A DNA stretch of 64,000 nucleotides, taken from assembly GCA_963764725.1 (NCBI GenBank), contig CAVXTM010000009.1:106867-170866 (forward strand), read 5' to 3'. Shown here one piece after another: positions 47,586 through 58,691 of this stretch. This stretch comes from an uncultured Gammaproteobacteria bacterium (GTDB lineage Bacteria; Pseudomonadota; Gammaproteobacteria; JACCXJ01). Numbering within the stretch: position 1 is the stretch's first letter; every line of letters begins with the position of its first letter. A program made the position numbers and the translations under genes. The notes beneath the pieces are model-generated. The model did not search any database. It had not been told where the DNA came from and saw only the letters and a list, made by a program, of their open reading frames with translations.

Positions 47586-49421
47586 ATGAAGTACTCAGCC
47601 GTTGTGTTTACGTTGATCCTGACTGGCTCCGTCGCAGCGGATGCTCTCACCCGATCGGGGGACCAGCTCCAGCCCGACCCGGGCGGCCTCGTCGAGGTCA
47701 CGATGGACAGCACGGTCGGCGTCGTGCTCGACGAGATCCCTGAGAGCCTGCGCACACGCGCGGCCGGCTATTACCTGCAAAAGGGGGACGCGTTCTGGCG
47801 CGACCGCGCGCAGTTCCAGATCCGTCATACGACCTATCGCCTCACCTACCGGAACTTTTATTACGAGGACAAGGGTATGCTCGCGTTGCCGCCCCGGGCG
47901 CTCTGGAACATCGACCTCGATCCAAGCGGGGCGCGGCATGTCAAGATCCAAGGACACGACGCGGTGGTCATCGACTACCGGCTCGAGACGACCCTGCTTA
48001 GCGACCGCGACTCTCCCGGCGAAGCCGAGCGCAAGCTACGCCGGGTGGGCGGCGTGTGGAAGGAGCCGTTCAGTTTCCCGCTCGATCCCGAGTTCCTCTT
48101 CCAGCGCACCGGCTACGCTTGTGTGGACGAGGACGGGTATCCGCCGCGCACGGCCGAGTCGGAGAATGCCTGGCAGCTCTTCGATCAGGACTGTACCGTC
48201 GAAACGCCCGACGAGCCATTGTGCCACCTCACCGAGTTTCCCGACGAATCGTGCAAACCGGCCCTCAGGCGCCACGCGGGCCGCGTCAACACGCACCTCC
48301 GCTTCGAGCGCATCGCTTGGGACGCCGATAAGGCCGACCAGGTCCGCGTCGCTGAGTACACGAACAGCGACGGCCCCGACCTCGAGGTGATCGGTGACGG
48401 GCTCTTGAACAACCGGATCGTGTGGCGCTACATCGAGCCCGACTCCTGTGCCATCCAGGAGCAGTCCGTGGGTGGGCCCGGCTGGCGCCGGCTGCTGGAG
48501 TTCGATGCCAGCGTCCGCAACGTCAGCCGCCAGCCGCTCACCGTCGGGGAGGCCGCGCCCGGTGCGCCCTTCGTGGAGCACAACAACTTCATCCTGGCTG
48601 CGTGCCACGGTCACTACCATTACAACCATTACGGCGACTTCAGCTACTACGGCCTGCCGGGTGACAAGCGCGCCTTCTGCATCGAGTCGACGGACCGCTA
48701 CTTCAACAGCGAGGAGACCCCGCTCGTCCATCCGTACTCCTGTGGCTTCCAGGGTATCGCCAGCGGCTGGGGGGACACGTACATCGCCGGCATCGAGGGC
48801 AACTGGATCGACATCACCAACATGGACATCCCGGCCGGGGGGGCCAGGAAGGACCTGCGCTTCCGGCTGAACCCCGACAATTTCATCTGTGAGGGCACCC
48901 CCGTCCTCGACGAAGGCGGCAACCAGATCTTCGACCCGACCGTCATCATCGGCGAGAACGGGAAAACGGTCGACCGGCCGCGCTGCGAGTTCGTGGCCGA
49001 CCACGACGAAAATAACTTCGAGGAGCGCCGGATCCACATCCCGCGCGACGGCTCCTTTATCACCTCGCCTTGTACCCGCAGCCAGGCAGGCCCGCTGCGC
49101 GACTGCGGCTGGAGGGAGCAGGCGGAGAACCGCACTTGCGAGCCGGGCAGCACCGTCACCCTGAGCTGCCACACCGGGCCGCAGGCGCCACTCCAGGCCC
49201 TGCGTATCTGCGAAAACAGCTTGGAGCGCGGCGGCGTCATCGCCTGCATGTTCCGCGAGGCGCTCGCCACGGCGATTGTCGGCCCGGTACCCACCGCGGT
49301 GACCTTCGCCTGCCCCATGCCGCGCGTGCCGAACGAGCCGGGCGGATCCTACGGGTACTTCGCCGCGGCGGTCCTGCCCGCCGACCTGGCCCGCCCGGTC
49401 ACGTGCCAGGTCGTTCCGTAG
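47586..49421 (+). CDS. Large exported Cys-rich lysyl oxidase family protein (LOX-2)
   Basis: Signal peptide MKYSAVVFTLILTGSVAA; RRLLEFD, CHGHYH, KRAFCIEST, QGIASGWGDTY, NWIDIT, ENN. Confidence 0.85.
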   Translation: MKYSAVVFTLILTGSVAADALTRSGDQLQPDPGGLVEVTMDSTVGVVLDEIPESLRTRAAGYYLQKGDAFWRDRAQFQIRHTTYRLTYRNFYYEDKGMLALPPRALWNIDLDPSGARHVKIQGHDAVVIDYRLETTLLSDRDSPGEAERKLRRVGGVWKEPFSFPLDPEFLFQRTGYACVDEDGYPPRTAESENAWQLFDQDCTVETPDEPLCHLTEFPDESCKPALRRHAGRVNTHLRFERIAWDADKADQVRVAEYTNSDGPDLEVIGDGLLNNRIVWRYIEPDSCAIQEQSVGGPGWRRLLEFDASVRNVSRQPLTVGEAAPGAPFVEHNNFILAACHGHYHYNHYGDFSYYGLPGDKRAFCIESTDRYFNSEETPLVHPYSCGFQGIASGWGDTYIAGIEGNWIDITNMDIPAGGARKDLRFRLNPDNFICEGTPVLDEGGNQIFDPTVIIGENGKTVDRPRCEFVADHDENNFEERRIHIPRDGSFITSPCTRSQAGPLRDCGWREQAENRTCEPGSTVTLSCHTGPQAPLQALRICENSLERGGVIACMFREALATAIVGPVPTAVTFACPMPRVPNEPGGSYGYFAAAVLPADLARPVTCQVVP

Positions 49422-49547
49422 CGGCGTGGGCGGCTCACGACTCCTCTGGCAAAGGCGCCGTTTCCGAGACACGGCGTCGGTCACGAGGATGTACTCAGGA
49501 GCCAGGCTCCGGCCGGACCGGCGGCTTCGGGGAGGACTCCATCCGCG

Positions 49548-50534
49548 TCAGCTCGAAGCGATGTTTGGGGACGGCGCCGGGGTAGAGTACAAGAAGCAGT
49601 GGGCGTGATGAGACTGCGTGAACGCCGTGGCCGGCGGGTAGTCACGCCGGCAAGGAGAAAAGACCTTGGGACAGCGCGGATGAAAGTAGCATCCCGCGGG
49701 CGGGTCGGCGGGGGAGGGCAGTGTCCCGCCGAGGCGCACCGTTTCGCGCTGCGTGACTGTATCGATGTGCGGTACGGCCGCGAGCAGGGCTTGGGTATAG
49801 GGATGCTTCGGGTTCTGCAAGACCTCATCGGCGCGGCCTTGTTCCACGATGCGTCCAAGGTACATCACTGCGACGTAATGGGCGAGATACTCGACGACGG
49901 CGATATTATGGGTAATGAAAAGATAGGAGAGCTCAAGCCGATCTTGCAGATCTTTCAGCAGGTTCAGGATCTGCGCTTGCACGGAGACGTCGAGCGCGCT
50001 GGTCGGTTCATCGCAGATGATGAGCCTGGGATCCACGGCGAGCGCCCGTGCGATGCAGATCCGCTGGCGCTGTCCGCCCGAGAACTCGTGCGGATAGCGA
50101 TGCTTGGCGTCGGGGTGCAGTCCGACTTGTTGCAGTAGCTCATCGATACGCTGCTCGTGCACTCGGCCGCCGGTTTGCTGGGCGCGCATACCTTCTTCGA
50201 TGATCTCGGCGACAGTCATGCGCGGGTTCAGGGAGGCGTACGGATCCTGGAAAATGATCTGCATCTCCCGCCGCCGCCGGCGGAGCGTTTCTCCGCTGAG
50301 CGAGCGCAGGTCTTCGCCGTCGAACCGCAGGTCCCCCGAGGTAATGGGCGCCAGCCGCAGGATCCCTTTGCCCGCGGTGGTCTTCCCGCATCCGGATTCT
50401 CCGACCAAGGCGAGCGTCGTTCCCCGCCCGATGCTGAATGACACCCCGTCCACCGCGCGCACATAACCGACGGTGCGGCGCATGAACCCCCGCCGGACGG
50501 GGAAAAAGATCTTGAGATCGTTGACTGAAAGCAT
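49548..50534 (-). CDS. Peptide ABC transporter ATPase (DppF/OppF-like)
   Basis: GESGCGKTT, FSGGQRQR, DEPTSALD, HPYTQAL, C-terminal Cys motif. Confidence 0.92.
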   Translation of the reverse strand: MLSVNDLKIFFPVRRGFMRRTVGYVRAVDGVSFSIGRGTTLALVGESGCGKTTAGKGILRLAPITSGDLRFDGEDLRSLSGETLRRRRREMQIIFQDPYASLNPRMTVAEIIEEGMRAQQTGGRVHEQRIDELLQQVGLHPDAKHRYPHEFSGGQRQRICIARALAVDPRLIICDEPTSALDVSVQAQILNLLKDLQDRLELSYLFITHNIAVVEYLAHYVAVMYLGRIVEQGRADEVLQNPKHPYTQALLAAVPHIDTVTQRETVRLGGTLPSPADPPAGCYFHPRCPKVFSPCRRDYPPATAFTQSHHAHCFLYSTPAPSPNIASS

Positions 50535-51589
50535 CACCGGGCCGAGGTCCGGCGGGCCTGGTATAGATCCGTGGCCGGCGCCTTCCCGGTCGCCATGGAC
50601 GGGCGTTGATTCGGCGCGGACGCGGCCGTGTAAAGGAGGCAACGAACCGTGCGCTCGCCGTCGATGGCGGCTAATGCTGGAACGGATTGACGGCACTCGT
50701 CCCACGCGTATCCACAGCGCGGTGCGAACCGGCAGCCTGTGAAGCGTTGCGTTAACCTGGGCACGGTGCCGGCAATCACCGCCAGCTCCGTACCGCGCTT
50801 TGAGATCCCCGGAACGGAATTGAAGAGCTTTTGGGAATACGGGTGGGCGGGGGAATAAATAAACAACTCTCGATCGGCTTGCTCGACGATCTGCCCGGCA
50901 TACATGACCGCGACCCGATCCGCGACCTGGGCGACGACGCCGAGATCGTGCGTGATGAGCATAATCGCCATGCCCCGGTCTTTTTGTAGCACCTTCAATA
51001 GATCGAGGATCTGCGCTTGAATGGTGACATCAAGAGCGGTCGTCGGTTCGTCCGCGATCAAGAGATCTGGGGCCGCACTGATCGCGATAGCGATCATGAC
51101 CCGCTGTTTCATGCCGCCCGACAACTGATGGGGGTAATCGCCTAAGCGCCGCTGCGGGTCCGGGATCCCCACTGCATCGAGTAATTCGAGCGCGCGCGCC
51201 TCGACCGCCCGGCCGCGCAGTCCCCCGTGCCGCGCGAGTGTTTCGGTAATTTGCGCCCCCACGTTCATGACCGGATTGAGCGAGGTCTGGGGCTCTTGGA
51301 AAATCATGCTGATCCGCGCCCCGCGGATAGCGCTCATCCCCGCCTCGGTGAGTTGCAACAGATCCCGTCCGTGGAGCCGGATCCGGCCCGAGACGATGCG
51401 TCCGCCGGGAGGTAGCAATCGCAGGAGGGAGAGGGCCGTCATCGACTTACCGCATCCCGATTCACCGAGTAATACGAAGGTTTCGCCCTGATCGATGTGG
51501 AAATCGACGCCATCGACCGCGCGTACCGGACTCGGTCCGGCGCCGATCCAGGTGCGCAGGTCTGAAACTTCGAGCAGACGAGCGGTCAT
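50534..51589 (-). CDS. Peptide ABC transporter ATPase (DppD/OppD-like)
   Basis: [31 protein letters not shown]. Confidence 0.92.
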   Translation of the reverse strand: MTARLLEVSDLRTWIGAGPSPVRAVDGVDFHIDQGETFVLLGESGCGKSMTALSLLRLLPPGGRIVSGRIRLHGRDLLQLTEAGMSAIRGARISMIFQEPQTSLNPVMNVGAQITETLARHGGLRGRAVEARALELLDAVGIPDPQRRLGDYPHQLSGGMKQRVMIAIAISAAPDLLIADEPTTALDVTIQAQILDLLKVLQKDRGMAIMLITHDLGVVAQVADRVAVMYAGQIVEQADRELFIYSPAHPYSQKLFNSVPGISKRGTELAVIAGTVPRLTQRFTGCRFAPRCGYAWDECRQSVPALAAIDGERTVRCLLYTAASAPNQRPSMATGKAPATDLYQARRTSAR

Positions 51590-51670
51590 GGTGAGCGGAT
51601 GTGTTCCCCCTCGGCGTTACGGCAACGCCATGGACTCAGAGCTTGCTCACTACGATTTCTTCACAAACTC

Positions 51671-52090
51671 TCAGCCGTTTTCCGGAGGCACGGCGCGTGG
51701 GCAGCGGTGTTCATCCAGGGCCACGTAGGTGAGCACGGCTTGGGTCACTTTGATGCATTCGGCTCGGGCCGGGTGGCGTTCGGCGTAGACCTCGACCTGG
51801 ACCGTAATCGAAGTACGCCCGACGCGCAACACCTCGGCGTAACAGCTTACAAGATCGCCGACAAACACCGGCTCACGAAATTCCACGGAGTTGACGGCGA
51901 CCGTGGTGACCGGTCCGCGCGCCCGCCGGATGGCGGCAATGCTGCCCGCGATGTCAACGTGCGAGAGGATCCAGCCCCCGAAGATGCTGCCGGCGTAATT
52001 GGTATCCGCCGGCATGGGCACGATTCTCAAGGTCGGTTCTTTCCCTATCGGAAGGCTAACCGAAGTGGAAGAAGCTACGCTTCCCGGCAC
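51671..52090 (-). CDS. Acyl-CoA thioesterase (YciA-like hotdog fold)
   Basis: MPADTNYAGSIFGGWILSHVD, VGRTS. Confidence 0.9.
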   Translation of the reverse strand: MPGSVASSTSVSLPIGKEPTLRIVPMPADTNYAGSIFGGWILSHVDIAGSIAAIRRARGPVTTVAVNSVEFREPVFVGDLVSCYAEVLRVGRTSITVQVEVYAERHPARAECIKVTQAVLTYVALDEHRCPRAVPPENG

Positions 52091-52128
52091 GTTTATTCTG
52101 AAATACCCCGCTGTTTACGACGGGCGCT

Positions 52129-52217
52129 TTAGCATTGGGTTTCCAAAGGGGAGTAGTGCAACTCTCCCCTTTGGTCAAGGGCGGGGTTCATACTCCGCCC
52201 GCGAAGTAAAATTGATT
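52129..52217. repeat. Structured intergenic repeat, copy 1
   Basis: GGGTTTCCAAAGGGGAG..CTCTCCCCTTTGGTC plus a second hairpin; similar to 56933-57025. Confidence 0.7.
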
Positions 52218-52231
52218 CCGGGCATGGGCGT

Positions 52232-52867
52232 TCAATAGATGACCAATAAGTTGAAGACACTCGGTCTCAACTGGATCTCCTTGACCTTTAGCGTAGCCTC
52301 CGCCACACAGCTCGCATTTTCATTACCCTGCATGTCTTCAGCCACCGCGGTGACCGCCAACGACGCTTTGCATTGTTGTCCGGGCTGGAGCGAAATTAAG
52401 TGCTTCTTCGTAATTGAGGCGAATTCCCCGGAAGCAGGGTTAAGCTTGTTGCCTGCGGAATCTTGCGTCGCTTGAGCGATCGTTTTCGTCTTATTATTTA
52501 TGCGTAACTCAACCGTGATTTTTGCCTGACCGCCGGTTGGGGCCACGTTAAGACGGCTGCGGTAATCGTAGACGCCCACGACATAGTAACGCCCCGGTTT
52601 CTTTGCCTTGGCCTCGAATTCATGACCGAGCAGGGATGTCGCTTGCGCTCGCCCGGCCCCGGTGACGCTTGCCGAGACCTTGATCTGCCCGCTGGTCGCG
52701 TCTTCCTCGTGGGTGGCGCTGTTGGCGGGGGAACTGCTGTCCGCGCTACCCTCGGCAACGGTAAGCTTCGGGGGCCGAATGATCAAGGTTCTGGCATCCA
52801 ATATCATGAGGATGATGAACACAATAAACGATGCGGAAAAGAATGCGAAAAGCAAGATGAGTTCCAT
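52232..52867 (-). CDS. Hypothetical membrane-anchored beta-rich protein
   Basis: 211-aa ORF with N-terminal TM, Ser-rich linker and alternating beta pattern; RBS GGAG. Confidence 0.6.
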   Translation of the reverse strand: MELILLFAFFSASFIVFIILMILDARTLIIRPPKLTVAEGSADSSSPANSATHEEDATSGQIKVSASVTGAGRAQATSLLGHEFEAKAKKPGRYYVVGVYDYRSRLNVAPTGGQAKITVELRINNKTKTIAQATQDSAGNKLNPASGEFASITKKHLISLQPGQQCKASLAVTAVAEDMQGNENASCVAEATLKVKEIQLRPSVFNLLVIY

Positions 52868-53036
52868 GCGCGATCTCCGGTTAATTATTCTGCGGCGGCG
52901 CTCTCAGCGCTTTATCTTGTTATTCCGATCCGGTGAACTCCGGTGACGAACTCGGTAAAGGTCACAGTATCATACGCGCAGGGCTGTTCCAACGCATGGC
53001 GTTGAGACGATTTGCGGACGCACCGGCGCGAATTCC

Positions 53037-55946
53037 CTAAAGCTCATGGGTTTCGAGATTCAAGCCTGCGCACGCGCCCAATGACGCGGAGCTGGTGACG
53101 ATTGCCGTGCTCGCCCGCTCCTTGACGAGATAGGTTTGCGCCACCCTTTGTAAATCCGCGACCGTGACTCGGAGGACCCGTTGCCGCAGGCGCCGCCGAT
53201 ACTCGGGGGAGCGTCCGAAAAGCCCGGCGGCAAAGGTTCGAATCGCCTCGCCAGCCGGCGAGCTCGGGCGATCGAGTGCAGCGATGACCCCCAGGATCGC
53301 TTCTTCGAGTTTCTCGTAGCCGTCAACGTCGCGGTGCAGCCATTGCAGCGCGGCATCGAAAGCTTCCAAGGTTTCCATGACCCGCGGGTCACGATAGGAG
53401 AAAAACTTGAAGGCCCCGGTATCGCCGTCGTAGGCGGCGCCGGAACCGTAGGCCCCGCCTTGCTCGCGGATCGCCCGGTGCAAATAACCGTTGTGCAGGA
53501 AGCGGCCGAGCACGATCAACGCCGCGGCGTCCTCGTGGTCGGAGGGAACGGTGGGATAGGCGCGCGCGCAGAAGTTTACCTCCGTGTTCGTGATCCAGGC
53601 CTCATTCACGCGGGACGGTTCGATGTTTAACGAAAATGGTTTCGCATCGTGAACCTGCGGTTGAAAGGCGGCCCACTGGGATGCGAGGTTTGCATCTACG
53701 CCGGCGAGGTGCTGGTCCTCGCCTACGACGAGTAGTTGCGGGGCGGCGCGGATAAGGCGCTCATGGATGCGCTTGAGGTTGGCTGCGAATTCTTCCAGTT
53801 TATTCTGGCTCTCGATGGCCCGCTCCAAGGCTTTGAGATCGCGCAGCCCCACGAGGCCATCCCAGCGGTGGGAAAGCGCCGCCGCCGGCCCGAATCCTGC
53901 GCAGGCCGCGGTCATCGCGAGCACGTGACCCTGGTCGGTCACCGCCGATTCACGCGCGGCCCGGATTTGCGCCATGAGCTCCCGCAGCCGCTCCAGCTCG
54001 TCGAATCGGGCCTTATAAAAGGCATCGTGCAACAGTTGCGCGAGCGCTCCGTGGTTGCGGTACAGACAGTTCGATGAAAGCTGAAAGTAGGCGAGGGTCC
54101 GCTGCACGTTCTGGATCTCGGCGCGCAGCGCGCAATGCGCGGCGATTCCTCCGCTTATCGCGGCTTGATGGGTCTGCGCCGCGAGGTAATCCTTATCACC
54201 GTAACCGAGCTCGGTCACGCAGTTGCAATAGAGGCTCAACAATTCAAGCTCGCCGGGCTCCAGTGCCGGGAGCTCCACCGTGATCTCTTCATACACGAGG
54301 CCGTTGGTGCCTTGGCGAAACCAGGTGACCGGAACCTTGCCGAGGAGCGTGCGTTCGCTCGCGGGGACCTTAAAATCGGCGGGAATATCTTCGACACCGA
54401 CTTTCGGCAGCAGGGCGGCGTCGGGTGCTTGCTGCTGGCGGTCCTTTAACGCCGCCGTACGCTCGATGATCCGGGTTTTCTCGGCAACGCTGAGCGACTG
54501 CTTGGTGGCCGCCAACCGGCTTTTGAGCTGCGCTGCATGACGCGCATTGAAGCCGGTATCCGGGATCATCGCCACCCGCACTCGATGCGGATTGTCTCTC
54601 AGCCACTTACGGGCCAGGCCCGGAATGAAGCCGGGCCGTTCGATCTCTACCCGCAGGTGCTCTAAGATGGGATCGATGGCTAGGGCGGCGATCGCATCCC
54701 CCCCATGCAAGGCCACCCCAAGGGACGCCGCCAGCAACTGTAGCCCGTACGGATAGCGGCCGCCGCGGATCTCGCGCTGCGAAAGCTCCATTTGATGGAG
54801 GACCGAGGCCGCGAGATCGCGCTCGACACCTTTCTCGGCGACCTCTTGGATCACCTTCATCACCGTCTCCTCGACGGCCTCGGCGTGCTCGGGATCCGAA
54901 CCCTCGACCCCGCACACGAACGTCGCCTCGCGATTGCCTGCGTCGAGCCCGCAAAGCTCCGAGGGCGCCGTGGCCAGCGGGCACCTCTCCAGGGCGTGGC
55001 GTAAGGGTGAAGCGCTATGATCGAGCAACACGCCCGCCAGCAACTGCGCCTCCATTGTCCTTTGCAGGTCCGTGGTGTTGTTGAGCAGCCAGCCGAGCAC
55101 GATATGCGTCTTGCTGCGTGCGGGTTCCTCGCCATTGACCGGGTAGGGGATCGTGAGCGCGCGCGGCGCGCCGTAGCGCTGCTCGTCGTGGATCCCATTC
55201 GCCACGGTGCGGGCGGTAAAATGCTTTAAGGCCCACTCGTGGAAATGTTCCTGATGCTCGCGGACGTCAAAATCACCGTAGGTGCAGAAGTAAGCGTTCG
55301 AGGGGTGATAAAAACGCGCGTGGAAATCCCGCAACTGCGGCCACGTCAACCCCGGGATCTCTTCGGGATCGCCGCCGCTATTGTAATGATAAGTAGTTGT
55401 CGGGAAGAGCGCCGCGCTGAGCGCGTACCAGAGGCGAGTGGTAGGCGCGCTCAGGGCGCCTTTCATCTCGTTGTAAACGACGCCCTTATAAACTAAGTCG
55501 CTCCCCGGATCGTCGGCAACCTCGAATTCCAAGCGGTGGCCCTCTTGGGCAAAGTCGAGCTCATCGAGGATTGGGAAAAATACCGCGTCCAAATAGACCT
55601 GCAGCAGGTTGTCGAAGTCCTTCTTGTTCTGGGTGGCGAAGGGATACGCCGTCCAATCGCTGCTCGTGAAGGCGTTCATGAAGGTGTTGAGAGAACGCCG
55701 CGTCATCATGAAAAAAGGATCCCGTACCGGGAAGCGCCGGCTGCCGCAGAGCGCGGTGTGCTCGAGGATGTGAGCCACGCCGGTGGAATCCCGGGGGAGG
55801 GTACGGAATCCGACGATAAAGGCGTTGTTGTTGTCGTTCGTGCTCAAATGCAAGTGCCGGGCGCCGGTGATCCCATGCCGGTACTCCTGGGCCTCGATGT
55901 TCAAGGACTCGATGCGCTGATCGCGCATTAATTCAAAGGATGACAT
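53037..55946 (-). CDS. M16C (presequence protease-like) insulinase-family peptidase
   Basis: TGVAHILEHTALCGS (HxxEH), NAFT, GVVYNEMKG, IREQGGAYG, SYRDP. Confidence 0.93.
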   Translation of the reverse strand: MSSFELMRDQRIESLNIEAQEYRHGITGARHLHLSTNDNNNAFIVGFRTLPRDSTGVAHILEHTALCGSRRFPVRDPFFMMTRRSLNTFMNAFTSSDWTAYPFATQNKKDFDNLLQVYLDAVFFPILDELDFAQEGHRLEFEVADDPGSDLVYKGVVYNEMKGALSAPTTRLWYALSAALFPTTTYHYNSGGDPEEIPGLTWPQLRDFHARFYHPSNAYFCTYGDFDVREHQEHFHEWALKHFTARTVANGIHDEQRYGAPRALTIPYPVNGEEPARSKTHIVLGWLLNNTTDLQRTMEAQLLAGVLLDHSASPLRHALERCPLATAPSELCGLDAGNREATFVCGVEGSDPEHAEAVEETVMKVIQEVAEKGVERDLAASVLHQMELSQREIRGGRYPYGLQLLAASLGVALHGGDAIAALAIDPILEHLRVEIERPGFIPGLARKWLRDNPHRVRVAMIPDTGFNARHAAQLKSRLAATKQSLSVAEKTRIIERTAALKDRQQQAPDAALLPKVGVEDIPADFKVPASERTLLGKVPVTWFRQGTNGLVYEEITVELPALEPGELELLSLYCNCVTELGYGDKDYLAAQTHQAAISGGIAAHCALRAEIQNVQRTLAYFQLSSNCLYRNHGALAQLLHDAFYKARFDELERLRELMAQIRAARESAVTDQGHVLAMTAACAGFGPAAALSHRWDGLVGLRDLKALERAIESQNKLEEFAANLKRIHERLIRAAPQLLVVGEDQHLAGVDANLASQWAAFQPQVHDAKPFSLNIEPSRVNEAWITNTEVNFCARAYPTVPSDHEDAAALIVLGRFLHNGYLHRAIREQGGAYGSGAAYDGDTGAFKFFSYRDPRVMETLEAFDAALQWLHRDVDGYEKLEEAILGVIAALDRPSSPAGEAIRTFAAGLFGRSPEYRRRLRQRVLRVTVADLQRVAQTYLVKERASTAIVTSSASLGACAGLNLETHEL

Positions 55947-55953
55947 AGTGCCT

Positions 55954-56904
<951 letters not shown>

Positions 56905-56932
56905 TTATTCCCCGCGGTCTTGCCGCGGAACC

Positions 56933-57025
56933 TTAGCCATGGGGTTTCCAAAGAGGAGACGCGCAGCTCTCCCCTTTGGTCGCCCCACGGGTCCATCCCC
57001 CGTGGTGGCGAAACAAAATCAACTT
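56933..57025. repeat. Structured intergenic repeat, copy 2
   Basis: GGGTTTCCAAAGAGGAG..CTCTCCCCTTTGGTC plus a second hairpin. Confidence 0.7.
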
Positions 57026-57134
57026 ACTACCCTGCAAGCGATATATTTTTCTTAACCCGGCGGCATCCGGCGCGGGCGCATAGTGTACACGCCCCCCGTC
57101 CTTAGCTCCTAAACCGGCGGCGGCCGGCGTCTGC

Positions 57135-57920
57135 TCATGCATCCGAACCCTTTGGCGTCCGCGGATCAGCGGGCGCCTCGCCGCGCTTGAACAAGGGCAG
57201 CAGGACTAGGCCGAGCTCATAGAGTAACCACAGCGGTATTGCCAGCAAGGTCTGTGAGATGACGTCCGGAGGCGTCAGCACCATCCCCACCACGAAGGCG
57301 CCGACGATGATGTAGGGCCGCTTAGCGCTCAGATCTTGCTTGGTTACAAAGCCTGTATGCACTAAGAGCACGGTGGCCAGCGGGACTTGAAACGCGGCCC
57401 CGAACGCAAAGAACAGGGTCAGGACAAAGTCCAGATAGCGCCCGATGTCGGTCATGATCAAGACCCCCTCCGGGGCCGAGCCGGAGAAAAAGGCGAACAT
57501 CACCGGGAAGACTACAAAATAGGCGAACGCGATGCCGCAATAAAACAGCACCGAGCTCGACATCAAGAGCGGTAGGACCAGCCGCCGTTCATGGCGATAG
57601 AGACCCGGCGCCACGAACGCCCAGACCTGGTGCAAGACAAACGGCATCCCCACGAAAGCGGAGACCACGAGGGTAAGCTTAAACGGCGCGAAGAAGGGAG
57701 AGGCTACCTCGGTCGCGATCATTGCCGAACCTTGCGGCATTTGCCGGAGCAGCGGAAGCGCCAGCAAGTGGTAGAGATCAGTGGCGAAATAGCAGAGCGA
57801 GAGGAAAATCAGCAACACGGCGGCGAGCGCGCGCAGGAGCCGCGATCGCAATTCAACCAGATGCGATAGGAAGGGCTGTTCCTCCGCCTCCTCTGGAGCG
57901 TCAGGGGGCGTTGTCGGCAT
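57135..57920 (-). CDS. tatC: Twin-arginine translocase TatC
   Basis: [28 protein letters not shown]. Confidence 0.96.
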   Translation of the reverse strand: MPTTPPDAPEEAEEQPFLSHLVELRSRLLRALAAVLLIFLSLCYFATDLYHLLALPLLRQMPQGSAMIATEVASPFFAPFKLTLVVSAFVGMPFVLHQVWAFVAPGLYRHERRLVLPLLMSSSVLFYCGIAFAYFVVFPVMFAFFSGSAPEGVLIMTDIGRYLDFVLTLFFAFGAAFQVPLATVLLVHTGFVTKQDLSAKRPYIIVGAFVVGMVLTPPDVISQTLLAIPLWLLYELGLVLLPLFKRGEAPADPRTPKGSDA

Positions 57921-58215
57921 TTTCCTGACGGCCTGACTCCGGAGGCACGCGCGGCGCCGATGCCGGGCTGGATGGTGCAGCGAGATCCTGAGGCGCGGCC
58001 CGGCCGGCCTTGGATGGGTAGCTCGCGCTGATGTGTTTGAGGTCTTCCAGCTCCAGCTCTCTATTGACCTCTTCCTTGACCGTCGCCAGGGTGCGTCTCG
58101 CCTTCGCGAGCCACAATCCGGCCGTGCGCGCGGCGCGCGGAAGCTTCTCGGGTCCGAGCACGATCAGCGCCACGACCCCGACCAGGCATAGCTCCCAAAA
58201 CCCAATGTCGAACAT
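57901..58215 (-). CDS. tatB: TatB
   Basis: MFDIGFWEL...LGPEKLP. Confidence 0.95.
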   Translation of the reverse strand: MFDIGFWELCLVGVVALIVLGPEKLPRAARTAGLWLAKARRTLATVKEEVNRELELEDLKHISASYPSKAGRAAPQDLAAPSSPASAPRVPPESGRQENADNAP

Positions 58216-58219
58216 AAGG

Positions 58220-58432
58220 CTAGGGCCGGTCGTTGCGTTTGTCGGCCGGGCCGGCGTCCGGATCGGAGCCGCTCGGAGACGCGTCGGCGGCTTCCTCGCC
58301 CTCGGCGGTGGCTTTCCTGAAGCTCTTGATGGCGGCCCCGAGATCCGTGCCGATGCTGCGTAGTTTTTTGGTGCCGAACAGTAGCGCCACGATCGCTAAT
58401 ACGATCAGTAGTTCTGAAACGCCTATACCCAT
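58220..58432 (-). CDS. tatA: TatA
   Basis: [25 protein letters not shown]. Confidence 0.95.
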   Translation of the reverse strand: MGIGVSELLIVLAIVALLFGTKKLRSIGTDLGAAIKSFRKATAEGEEAADASPSGSDPDAGPADKRNDRP

Positions 58433-58451
58433 GGGTCGGAATCTCCTCTAA

Positions 58452-58638
58452 GAGTTTGTGAAAAAACCTACTATGCTCGGAATCTCGCGCTCCGGCGGTA
58501 CTCGGAATCCTCATGTATTTCAATATACACTCCGGTTGCTCGTCTCATCCTTGAGACTCGCCCTGCGGGGCTTGCGCACCGTTTCGCTCCCAGCGAAACG
58601 CGACATCCCTTCGCTCGCGACGTTTTTTTCACGAACTC
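58452..58638. mobile_element. MITE-like element
   Basis: Terminal IRs GAGTTTGTGAAAAAA / TTTTTTCACGAACTC flanked by TAA on both sides; palindromic interior. Confidence 0.65.
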
Positions 58639-58691
58639 TAAAGATGATTGATTAAGACCTCCGCGGCCGGACGTGCATGCGTGCGCTGACT

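Noticed and set aside
48036-49484. 482-aa minus-strand ORF over LOX-2
   Set aside because: Antisense mirror of a gene with extreme GC3; the motifs are on the plus strand.
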